Shown here: positions 55,852-64,000 of the stretch, one piece after another
Layout of the letters: every line of letters starts with the position of its first letter
Position numbering within the stretch: position 1 is the stretch's first letter
Notes under the pieces: model-generated
Seen by the model: only the letters and a program-made list of their open reading frames with translations
What the model was told of the DNA's origin: nothing
Databases searched by the model: none
NCBI GenBank assembly: GCA_963716255.1
Contig: OY970303.1
Coordinates: 2,400,001 to 2,464,000 of the forward strand
From: an uncultured Gemmatimonadales bacterium
GTDB taxonomy: Bacteria > Gemmatimonadota > Gemmatimonadetes > Longimicrobiales > Longimicrobiaceae
Length of the DNA stretch: 64,000 nt
Reading direction: 5' to 3'
Made by a program: the position numbers and the translations under genes

Positions 55852-56502
55852 GTGACGCTCCGACCCCTCGCCCTCCCCTGCCTGGCCGCGCTCCTCGCCG
55901 GCGCGTGCGCCCCGGGCTCGCCCGCCGCGCCCACCGCGGCGGCGGCGCCCGTGCCGGCCGAGGCGCCGGTCCCGCCCGCGCCGGCCATCGTCCCCCGCGA
56001 GGCGTGGGGCGCCCGGCCGGCGGCGGGGCCCATGCGGCCGCACACCATCAGCCGCATCACCATCCACCACACCGCCGGTCTGCAGCGCCCCGAGCGGACG
56101 CTGGCCGACAAGCTGCGCGCGCTCCAGGAGTTTTCGCAGACGCGCAGCCCGCTGGGCGACGGGCGGATCAAGGAGCCCTGGCCCGACATCCCCTACCACT
56201 TCTACGTGGACCTGCAGGGGCAGGTCGCCGAGGCGCGCGACCTGGGCTACGCCGGCGACTCCAACACCGCGTACGACCCCGCGGGGCACCTGCTCATCGT
56301 GCTGGAGGGCAACTTCGAAGACGAGTTCGCCACCGCCCCGCAGATGGAGGCCCTGCGCCGCCTGGTCGTGTGGGCCGCCGCCCGGTGGGGCGTTCCCGCC
56401 TCGCGCATCGGCGACCACAACGACTTCGCGCAGACCGCCTGCCCGGGGCGGCGGCTGGAGCCGCTCCTCCCGGGGGTCACCCAGCTGGTGCGGGGCCGCT
56501 GA
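55852..56502 (+). CDS. Amidase_2/PGRP-like N-acetylmuramoyl-L-alanine amidase lipoprotein
   Basis: ITIHHTA, WPDIPYHF, LEGNFE, HND..TACPG; lipobox AGAC. Confidence 0.85.
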   Translation: MTLRPLALPCLAALLAGACAPGSPAAPTAAAAPVPAEAPVPPAPAIVPREAWGARPAAGPMRPHTISRITIHHTAGLQRPERTLADKLRALQEFSQTRSPLGDGRIKEPWPDIPYHFYVDLQGQVAEARDLGYAGDSNTAYDPAGHLLIVLEGNFEDEFATAPQMEALRRLVVWAAARWGVPASRIGDHNDFAQTACPGRRLEPLLPGVTQLVRGR

Positions 56503-57326
56503 TGGAGGCCGGGCGCATCCGCGTGGGGACCCAGGGGTGGAACTACGACGCCTGGCTCGGCGAGTTCTACCCCGAGGGGACCCGCCCCGCGGACTTCCTG
56601 GGCACCTACGCGCGCGGCTTCGAGAGCGTGGAGGTGGATTCCACCTTCTACGCCGTCCCGCCCTCCAGGAGCGTGCGCGGCTGGGCCGAGCGGACCCCGC
56701 CCGGGTTCACCCTCGCCCTCAAGCTACCCCGCGAAGTCACCCACGAGCGCCGGCTGCGCGGCGCCGAGGAAGTCACCGCCGAGTTCTTCGAGCGGGCGCG
56801 CGAGCTGGACGGCAAGCTCGGTCCCGTGCTGGTGCAGCTGGGGCCCGACTTCCTCCCCGACGAGCTCCCCGCCCTGGCCGCCTTCCTCCCCCGGCTGCCG
56901 CGCGACCTGCGCGTCGCCGTGGAGTTCCGCAGCCGCCGCTGGGTGGACCGCCGCGTCCTCCCCGGCCTCCTGTCGCTGCTCGCCGCGCACGAAGTGGCGC
57001 TGGCGCTCAGCGACGGCCCCTGGATCCCGCGCGACGTGCTGCTGGCGCTGGCCGCGCGCCCCACGGCCGGCTTCCACTACGTGCGCTGGATGGGACCCGA
57101 CCGCGCCATCACCGACCACTCCCACCTCCAGGCCGACCGCGGCGAGGAGGAGGCCGCCTGGGCCGAGGCCCTGCAGCGCACCGCGGCGCGGGGAACCGAG
57201 GTGTGGGCCTACTTCAGCAACTACTGGGCGGGGCACGCCCCCGGTTCCGCCCGCATCATGCAGCGCCTGCTCGGCCAGCAGCCCGTGGAGCCGGGCGAGC
57301 TGGGCGAGCAGACCACCCTTTTCTGA
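56502..57326 (+). CDS. DUF72 family protein
   Basis: IRVGTQGWNY..W.G.FYP, VEVDSTFY, THE, AVEFR, YFSNYWAGHAP. Confidence 0.9.
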   Translation: MEAGRIRVGTQGWNYDAWLGEFYPEGTRPADFLGTYARGFESVEVDSTFYAVPPSRSVRGWAERTPPGFTLALKLPREVTHERRLRGAEEVTAEFFERARELDGKLGPVLVQLGPDFLPDELPALAAFLPRLPRDLRVAVEFRSRRWVDRRVLPGLLSLLAAHEVALALSDGPWIPRDVLLALAARPTAGFHYVRWMGPDRAITDHSHLQADRGEEEAAWAEALQRTAARGTEVWAYFSNYWAGHAPGSARIMQRLLGQQPVEPGELGEQTTLF

Positions 57327-57698
57327 GCCCCGGCAGAGGGCAAGCGCATTAGCGGCCGTTTCGCGGCTCAGTGAAACCGGTCGAAGTAGACAAAACGAGC
57401 ATCCGCGCCATTTTCTCACGAATGATGGCTGGCGTGTTATGAGCGCTCACGTCGCCTGGCGTGGTGGCGCGGGGACCTCGTGTTTGCGGGATCCTCGACA
57501 ACTTCGCTCCCCCGTTGTACTTTCGAAGCTCCCGGAACCATCCGAAGTCGCGCAGGGATCCCGCGCAGGCCCTTCCCGGGCCCGGCGGCTCCCGCGTCCG
57601 CGCTCCAAACCCCACATCGCCACGCCCACCGGCCCGTACGGCCGCACCGGGAGCGGCATCCCCGAAGGTCGCGCCCCCACGAGAACGGGACGAGACGA

Positions 57699-58793
57699 AT
57701 GACGAACCTGCCCGGTTCCATCTTTCCCACTCCACCGCAGCGCCCCCGCGTCCTGATCGTGGACGACGAGCCCAACATCCGCTCGCTTCTGCGCCGCGCC
57801 CTCGCCGGCGGCGGGTTCGACCTTTTCGAGGCACCGGACGGCGAGACCGCGTACGAGATCCTGCGGACGGTGGGGGCGGACGTGGTCCTGTCCGACCTGC
57901 TGATGCCCGGGATGAAGGGGACCGACCTCCTCCGCCTCGCAAAGGCACACGACGACGCGGTGGGGTTCATCATCCTCACCGGCGTGGGGACGATGGAGAA
58001 CGCCATCGAGGCGCTCCGCCTGCAGGCCGACGACTACCTCCTCAAGCCGTTCAACCTGGACGAGGTCACCCTTTCCGTGGAGCGGGCGCTCAGGCACAGG
58101 CGCCTCCTGCTGGAGAACCGCTACTACCAGGGGCACCTGGAAGGGCGCGTGGAGGAGCAGGCCCAGCAGATCGAGACGCTGTTCGTGGACGCGCTGATGA
58201 CCATCGCCAGCGCGGTGGAAGCGCGCGACGGGTACACCGGCGGCCACATCGAGCGCGTCACCCACTACGCCGTCGCCACCGGGCGGGTGATGGGGATCGG
58301 CAGGGACTCGCTGCGGCACCTGTGGGTGGCCGGGCTGCTGCACGACCTGGGCAAGGTCGCCATCCCCGACCAGATCCTGGGAAAGCCCGGGCGCCTGACG
58401 GACGAGGAGTACGAGATCATCCAGCAGCACCCCACCATCGGCGCCGCCATCCTGGAGCGCAGCCCCTTTCTCCGCCCCGCGCTCCCCGGCGTGCTGCACC
58501 ACCACGAGCGCTGGGACGGCGCCGGCTACCCGGGCGGCCTGCGCGGCGAGGAGATCTCGCTGGAGGGGCGCATCCTGGCCGTGGCCGACACCTACGACGC
58601 CATCGTCACCACGCGCCCGTACCGCGACTCCCAGCCCCCCGAGGTGGCGGTCTGCGAGATCCGGCGGTGCTCGGGATCGCAGTTCGACCCGGTGGTGGTG
58701 GATGCCTTCCTGCGTGCCCACGAAGAGGGATTCCCCGAGGAGGGCACACTTTCGCTGGTGCCTCGCCTGGAACTTGAGCCCGCCCTGGCCTGA
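57699..58793 (+). CDS. Response regulator with HD-GYP phosphodiesterase domain (RpfG-like)
   Basis: VLIVDDE..DLLMP..KP receiver; LHDLGK, HHERWDGAGYP, AVADTYDA, QFDP. Confidence 0.93.
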   Translation: MTNLPGSIFPTPPQRPRVLIVDDEPNIRSLLRRALAGGGFDLFEAPDGETAYEILRTVGADVVLSDLLMPGMKGTDLLRLAKAHDDAVGFIILTGVGTMENAIEALRLQADDYLLKPFNLDEVTLSVERALRHRRLLLENRYYQGHLEGRVEEQAQQIETLFVDALMTIASAVEARDGYTGGHIERVTHYAVATGRVMGIGRDSLRHLWVAGLLHDLGKVAIPDQILGKPGRLTDEEYEIIQQHPTIGAAILERSPFLRPALPGVLHHHERWDGAGYPGGLRGEEISLEGRILAVADTYDAIVTTRPYRDSQPPEVAVCEIRRCSGSQFDPVVVDAFLRAHEEGFPEEGTLSLVPRLELEPALA

Positions 58794-58820
58794 TCGGAAC
58801 TGATTGTGACAGAAGGGTTC

Positions 58821-58951
58821 GGGCGTGACCCCGGCTGGCGCCGGGGTCGGGCTTCGGCTCCGTAGCAGACGAAACAACCGTCTGCAACGGAGTCGAGCCC
58901 CCGCGAAAAAGCCCGCGGGGTCTCGCCCCTCCGGGCCGAAATCCCTCACGC
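58821..58951 (+). ncRNA. Structured repeat/ncRNA candidate, full copy 3
   Basis: Same scaffold; begins just after the HD-GYP stop codon and is followed by a REP-like unit. Confidence 0.6.
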
Positions 58952-59597
58952 GGGGCCCGCGCTGGCGTCCGCGGGGGTGGTCCCCCTCACCCCCCGACCC
59001 CCTCTCCCCCGCAAGCGGGGGAAAGGGGGAGGACGGCAGGAGAGTCGACGGGCGGTGCGCAGGTCGCCGGGAGGGTGCGGGGGTGGTCGGAGGGAAGAGT
59101 CGGGGGTGTGGTGGTGGGAAGGGCATTGACTCTTCCCGGAGACCGCCCCCGCGCCCGACCTCCCACGCGCGGAACCCGGCAGTTAGCGCCTCGCGTGAAC
59201 CGGGTGAAGGGCAAGGATGGCGGCTCCAAGACCGCCGGGTGGGGGCGCTTTCGACGAAAGTGCCAGCGGCGTGAGTCGGGTACCGGGCGCATCTTTCATC
59301 ACCTTTCTATACATCAGTCTGGACCAACGCCCGTCACATCTACATATTCTGCAACAACTTGCGCCGGCGAAAAACAGCTGGCGTCCAGGGCTCGTCCAGT
59401 ATTCGGCGAGCCGCAGCCGGGGCCGCGGGCGCCGGAGTTTCGACGATTTTCCTTGCGCAGGTTGCCCCTGCCGCTTATACTGCGCCCCAGGTGTCACTCG
59501 ACAATAGCACACCCGGCGCGAGCCGGGGCCGCAGAGCCGGGCGTCTCCTCCGGGAGATCGGCCAGCCGCCGAAAGTGAACCTGAGATCACCCCTTCC

Positions 59598-60911
59598 ATG
59601 CCCGCCGAGCGGTCTGGGCCGGAATCCTCCTCCCGCGCGGAGAAGGATGCCCGGCGTCGCGGGAGCGTCAGCTCCGATCCGCCCGCGTCCCCCGTACATT
59701 CTCCCGACGAGCTCGCCGCCGTGCTGGCGGCGTTCGGCCGCATCTCCGAGGCGCTCACCCGCCCCGCGGAGCGCGAGAGCCTATTCCGCACCATCGCCGA
59801 GGAAGCCGCCGCGCTCCTGGCCCCCGCGTCCGCACTGGTGTGCACGCTGGAGCCGGAGGGCGACGTCCTGCGCGTCCGCATGGGGGTGGGCGCGCTCGCC
59901 CGCCACGAGGGCGAGCTCCTTCCCCTGGAAGGGAGCGTCGAGGGGCTGGCCGTCCTCACCGGCGAGCCCCGGCGGGTCCCCGACCTCGCCGCGGACCCGC
60001 ACGCGTACCGGCCGCGGGAGCGCGGCATCGCACCGGGCCCCGCGCTGGCCATTCCGCTGCGCGCCGCGGGGCGCCCCGTGGGCGTCCTCCTGCTGGCGCG
60101 GCCGGCGGGGGCGCCGCCCTTCGAGGCGCGCGACGAGGCGCGCCTGGAGATGCTCGCCGACGTCGCCGGGGCCGCGCTGGAGAACGGGCGCGCCTTCGAC
60201 GCCGCGCGGGGGAGCCGCGGCGAGCTGGAAGCGTGGCGGCGCGAGCGGGAGCTGCGCGCCTGGCTGGAGCGCTACGCCGCCGCCGCGCGGGAAACCCGCA
60301 CCGCGGTGTTCGACTGGGACCCCGCGTCCGACCGGCTCCTCTGGGGCGACACGCTGGAGCCCGCCGTGGGCTACGACCCCGGCGAGTACGCCCCCACCAT
60401 GGACGAGCTCCTGGAGCGCGTCCACGCCGAGGACCGGGAGCGCGCCACCGCCGACGTGGAGGCGGCCCGCCGCGGCGCCGGACTGCGCGCCCGCGTCCGG
60501 CTCCTGCACCGCAACGGCGCCTACCGCCTCTTCCTGCTGCACGCGCCCCCGGCCGCGTCCGGCGCCGACGACCGGGCCACCGTGGCCGGCGCCATCGAGG
60601 ACCTGACGCAGGAGGGGTGGTCGGTTTCGGGGGGGAGCGTTCCCGCGGACGCGGCGGCCCGGCAGGTGATCCGCGCGCTCCGCCACGAGATCAACAACCC
60701 GCTGGCCGTGATCCTGGGGCAGGTGCAGCTGCTGGGGCGCGAGGGCGTGGTGCAGGGCGACCCGGTGCTCCAGCACTCGCTGGACACCATCCAGGTGGAG
60801 GGGCAGCGGATCCTGGAGCTGACGCGGCGGCTGGCGGCGATGGAGCAGTCCGGCCGCATCCCCGAGATCGACGCGCAGGGCGGCTTCACGCTCCCGGAAG
60901 AAGAGGCGTAG
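59598..60911 (+). CDS. GAF-PAS-HisKA protein with no HATPase domain
   Basis: GAF (LAIPL..GRPVGVL..PF..D..L), PAS (FDWD..VHAEDRE), H-box LRHEINNPLAVILG; ends about 75 aa after the His. Confidence 0.85.
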   Translation: MPAERSGPESSSRAEKDARRRGSVSSDPPASPVHSPDELAAVLAAFGRISEALTRPAERESLFRTIAEEAAALLAPASALVCTLEPEGDVLRVRMGVGALARHEGELLPLEGSVEGLAVLTGEPRRVPDLAADPHAYRPRERGIAPGPALAIPLRAAGRPVGVLLLARPAGAPPFEARDEARLEMLADVAGAALENGRAFDAARGSRGELEAWRRERELRAWLERYAAAARETRTAVFDWDPASDRLLWGDTLEPAVGYDPGEYAPTMDELLERVHAEDRERATADVEAARRGAGLRARVRLLHRNGAYRLFLLHAPPAASGADDRATVAGAIEDLTQEGWSVSGGSVPADAAARQVIRALRHEINNPLAVILGQVQLLGREGVVQGDPVLQHSLDTIQVEGQRILELTRRLAAMEQSGRIPEIDAQGGFTLPEEEA

Positions 60912-60928
60912 GCGCGGAGCCGGAAAAC

Positions 60929-60969
60929 ACGGAGCGGGGCCGGGGAGGATCTCCCCGGCCCCGCTCCGT
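60929..60969. terminator. Perfect 19-bp-stem hairpin between convergent genes
   Basis: ACGGAGCGGGGCCGGGGAG-GAT-CTCCCCGGCCCCGCTCCGT. Confidence 0.65.
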
Positions 60970-60991
60970 CCGTGCATCCCTCCCGCCGCGG

Positions 60992-61777
60992 CTACCTGCG
61001 CGTGGTGAGCAGGATCACCCCGTGGGCGTGCCCGATCCCGAAGCGGTAGGTGGCCTGGGCCGCGTTCAGGAACTGCACCGACCCCACGTCGGCGATGGGG
61101 ATGCCGCGCAGCGCCTCCAGCCCGCCCATGCGGGCGTTGTCCTGGTAGACGAGGATGGTGGGGAGCCCGGGGAGCACCGCCGTCCCGTCCTGGCCGCCCT
61201 GCACCTTGTCGCCCTCGCTGAAGCTCTGCGTGCCCCGCTCGCGCAGCCACTCCGGGTGCAGCCGCTGCACCAGCTCGAACACGTTGCTCGCGCTCGCCGC
61301 CAGGATCTCCTCCAGCGAGATGACCTCCTGCTCCCCGCGCCGCGCCTGCCGCAGGCTGGCCCGCAGGTCGGAGGAGGGCCGCGTGCCGATGAACAGCCCG
61401 CCCGCGCCCCCGAAGAGCGCCCCGCCGATCGCGAAGCCGGCGCGGTGGCCCGCCACCTCGTCGTTCGACTTCTTGTCCCAGTCGCTCCTCACCACCTGCG
61501 AAGTCACCAGCCCCAGCCACCCTCCCACCACCGCGCCGCCCAGGGTGTGCAGGAAGGAGCGGGCCGCCGCGTGGCCCCTCTGGCGGGGCGGGGCCGGGAG
61601 GGGCGCCGGGAGCGGGAGCGCAGCCTCGGCGGGCGCGGCCGCCGGGAGCGGGGCCGGCGCGAACACGGAGCGCACACCCTCCGCCGAGTAGCCCGGAGCG
61701 GGATCGGCCTGCTGGGCGCCGGCGCGCCCGGCGAGGACGACGGTCAGCGCGCACGCGAGCGAAGCGACTCTCTTCAT
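60992..61777 (-). CDS. Secreted/membrane hypothetical protein with glycine-zipper helices and a C-terminal TonB-plug-like domain
   Basis: GGAGG RBS, signal peptide, GGAVVGGWLG, VISLEEI..VQRLHPEWL..GVILLTTR. Confidence 0.75.
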   Translation of the reverse strand: MKRVASLACALTVVLAGRAGAQQADPAPGYSAEGVRSVFAPAPLPAAAPAEAALPLPAPLPAPPRQRGHAAARSFLHTLGGAVVGGWLGLVTSQVVRSDWDKKSNDEVAGHRAGFAIGGALFGGAGGLFIGTRPSSDLRASLRQARRGEQEVISLEEILAASASNVFELVQRLHPEWLRERGTQSFSEGDKVQGGQDGTAVLPGLPTILVYQDNARMGGLEALRGIPIADVGSVQFLNAAQATYRFGIGHAHGVILLTTRR

Positions 61778-62290
61778 GGTGCCTCCACTGAGTGACTCCG
61801 GCGCGCGGGCGGCCTGCTGGGGGCCGCCCCGTGTCGGCGGAAAGATGCCGGCTCCTGCCGGGGGAGGGGGCAGGACGCGCTGCGGATCGCCGCGCGCCTC
61901 CGCTCGACGCGGAGACGGCGCGGGCCGTGACAGGAAAACGCCCGAGGTGCGCCGTTTGTGACACGGCGCGCCGGATACCTCCATGATAGGATGCGTCCGG
62001 CCGCCGCACCATGGGAAATCCTCCCCATGTAACCCCCCCTCCCGCGCCCGGGTCCCGGAGCCCGAACGGGCCTGCAAGGTGCGTGCTCCGGCGAGGCTCC
62101 CGCCGGCCGGGAGCGCGGGGGCCCGCTGCGCGCGCGCCGCCCCTGCGCGGCGGTGGAGCGAAACGCTCCACCGCGTCCTCCCGCGCGACACTCCGGCGCC
62201 CCGGCCTCTCGCGCGGCGGCCGGGGCCAGCGTACAATTCCGGGGACCGCCGCGCATCCCCGCGGCGCCCCCCGAACCAGCCCACCGCGAC

Positions 62291-63181
62291 ATGCCCCGCT
62301 ACATCGGCGCACACACCATCGACAACGGCGGCATCGACATGGCCGCCCGCCGCGCCGGCAACGCCGGGATGCGGGCGCTCCAGCTCTTCACCGCGCCGCC
62401 GCGCTTCTACGGCGACAAGGCCGGGATGAAGCCCGACAAGGTGAAGCGCTTCCACGCCGCGCTGGCCGAGGCCGGCATCCGCCCCGAGCACGTGGTGGTG
62501 CACGGCGCCTACGTGCTTGGCGTCGCCACCCCCGACGAGGCCAAGTGGGAGCGGGCGAGCGCCGGGCTGGCCAAGGAGCTGGAGCGCTCCACCGCCCTGG
62601 GCGTGGGCGGGGTATGCTTCCACCCCGGCTCCGCCTCGGACGGCGACCGGTCCGCCGCGGCGGAGCGGGTGGCCCGGGCGATCGTCGCCGCGCTGCAGAA
62701 GACCGAGGGGAGCACCCGCCTGCTGGTGGAGAACACCGCCGGCGCCGGGCAGACGCTGGGGCGCACCGCCGCCGAGGTGGCCGACATCCTCCGCCACGTC
62801 CCCGGCGAGCTGCGCCCGCGCACCGGCTACGGCCTGGACACCTGCCACCTGTTCGCCTCCGGCTACGACATCTCCGGGTCGGCCGCGGCGCAGCGCCGCA
62901 TCCTGGACGAGTGGGAGGAGGCCACGGGCGAGCGCCCTGCCTTTTTCCACCTCAACGACAGCGAGGGCGGGCTGGGCACCAACAAGGACCGCCACATGCT
63001 GCTGGGCGAGGGGCAGATCGGCGCCGAGGCGTTTCGCTGGCTCCTGGCCGACCCGCGCAGCGAGGGAATCCCGCTGATCCTGGAGACGCCGCAGGAGAAG
63101 CCCGACGTGGCCGACGACGACCCCTCCCCCGACCCGTGGGACGTGCGCATGGGCGAGCTGCTGCGGAGCTTCGTGGAGTGA
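62291..63181 (+). CDS. nfo: Endonuclease IV
   Basis: IGAH, QLF, HPGS, ENTAG, DTCHLFASGYD, HLNDS, DRH, ILETP. Confidence 0.92.
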   Translation: MPRYIGAHTIDNGGIDMAARRAGNAGMRALQLFTAPPRFYGDKAGMKPDKVKRFHAALAEAGIRPEHVVVHGAYVLGVATPDEAKWERASAGLAKELERSTALGVGGVCFHPGSASDGDRSAAAERVARAIVAALQKTEGSTRLLVENTAGAGQTLGRTAAEVADILRHVPGELRPRTGYGLDTCHLFASGYDISGSAAAQRRILDEWEEATGERPAFFHLNDSEGGLGTNKDRHMLLGEGQIGAEAFRWLLADPRSEGIPLILETPQEKPDVADDDPSPDPWDVRMGELLRSFVE

Positions 63182-63666
63182 CGCGCGCCCTGCTGGCCGC
63201 CCTCGCCGCGGCGAGCGTGGCGTGCGCGTCCCCCGCGCGCGCTCCCGCCCTGCCCGCGCCCCGTCCGCCGGCCGCGGCTCCCGCGCCGGCGGACCAAGCC
63301 GCGGCGTTCGCGGACGTGCTCAACCGCCACCGCGAGCGCGCGGGGTGCGCGCCGCTGGCCTGGCACGAGGGCGCGGCGCGGGCGGCCCAGGCGCACGCCG
63401 AGGACATGCGCCGGCGCGGCTACTTCGACCACGACTCGCCCGAAGGCCTCCGACCCCGCGACCGCCTGCGGGCCGCCGGCGTGCAGGTGCGCGGCGTCAC
63501 GGCCGAGAACATCGTGGACGCCCCCTTCGGCGGGGAGCGCCTGCTGGCCCGCCTGCTCGCCAGCCCGGTGCACCGGCAGAACATCGAGGACTGCGGCTTC
63601 ACCCACCACGGCATCGGCCGGGCGGGAGACCTGTGGGTGCACCTGTTCCTGACCGTGCGCCCGTGA
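63178..63666 (+). CDS. CAP/SCP-domain lipoprotein
   Basis: LNRHR, AAQAHAEDM..GYFDHDSP, AENI, SPVHRQNI, GIG. Confidence 0.88.
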   Translation: MTRALLAALAAASVACASPARAPALPAPRPPAAAPAPADQAAAFADVLNRHRERAGCAPLAWHEGAARAAQAHAEDMRRRGYFDHDSPEGLRPRDRLRAAGVQVRGVTAENIVDAPFGGERLLARLLASPVHRQNIEDCGFTHHGIGRAGDLWVHLFLTVRP

Positions 63667-63938
63667 GCGACGCCTTCCGCCGCCGCCGCGAGGACCGGCG
63701 CCGCTTCCTGGAGCGGCTGTACCGGAGCAGCGAGGAGGAGGCGATCGTCTACGAGGACGGGTACGCCGTGGCCGAGGAGCTGGGGCTGTCGCGCGCCGAC
63801 GCCGAGCGCATCGCCCGCTACCACGAGGACCACGGCTACGTGCAGAACATGGGCGGGTCCGGGCTGGTGCTGCGCATCACGGCCCGCGGCATCGACTTCA
63901 TCGAGTCGGAGGGTTCTGTTTCCGGGGAGGATTCGTAG
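63663..63938 (+). CDS. Small winged-helix-like hypothetical protein
   Basis: VAEELGLS..IARY...GYV...ITARGIDFIE; GTGA overlap. Confidence 0.7.
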   Translation: MSDAFRRRREDRRRFLERLYRSSEEEAIVYEDGYAVAEELGLSRADAERIARYHEDHGYVQNMGGSGLVLRITARGIDFIESEGSVSGEDS

Positions 63939-63954
63939 GCGGGGCTCTCGCTGT

Positions 63955-64000
63955 CGTGGCGGGCCGCTCCGGAGCCCGGCGATACTGCTGCCGGTCTCCT
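63955..64000 (+). repeat. Start of a second copy of the 50716 element (cut by the window edge)
   Basis: gggccgctccggagcccggcgatactgctgccggtctcc vs gggccgctccagagccggacgatactgccgtccgtctct. Confidence 0.7.

Noticed and set aside
57330..57698. c-di-GMP riboswitch in the long leader of the HD-GYP gene
   Set aside because: The class I GGCAAAC..GAAA..GACGCAAA pattern is not present
1..64000. CRISPR array, tRNA, rRNA or intact transposase
   Set aside because: No regularly spaced repeat-spacer array, cloverleaf or transposase motifs noticed

Overview
Very high-GC bacterial DNA; gene style and intergenic repeats suggest Gemmatimonadota (Longimicrobium-like), which is an inference. Bases 1-37393 (minus strand) are one uninterrupted NRPS ORF of more than 12,400 codons that runs off the left edge and is therefore missing from the ORF track. 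Its architecture is FAAL-ACP, then 11 complete C-A-T modules and the start of a 12th C domain, with no E, MT or TE domain in view, so the product is probably a lipopeptide. It carries recent kb-scale internal duplications, an in-frame fused docking-domain scar between modules 4 and 5, and several unusual A-domain codes. Divergent from it are an integron-integrase N-terminal remnant and a small accessory island (AAA ATPase/DUF234-like gene, membrane-protein pseudogene, low-GC orphan). Next come an M14 peptidase, a secreted hypothetical protein, and a cobalamin-riboswitch-controlled btuF-btuC-btuD-btuB operon. That operon is followed by cobS-like and cobD-like genes lacking key conserved residues, a cobC-like phosphatase and a nucleoside deaminase. 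The remainder holds a dienelactone hydrolase, amidase, DUF72, REC-HD-GYP regulator, GAF-PAS-HisKA protein, nfo, a CAP protein and small hypotheticals. A family of covarying structured repeats sits just downstream of several stop codons.
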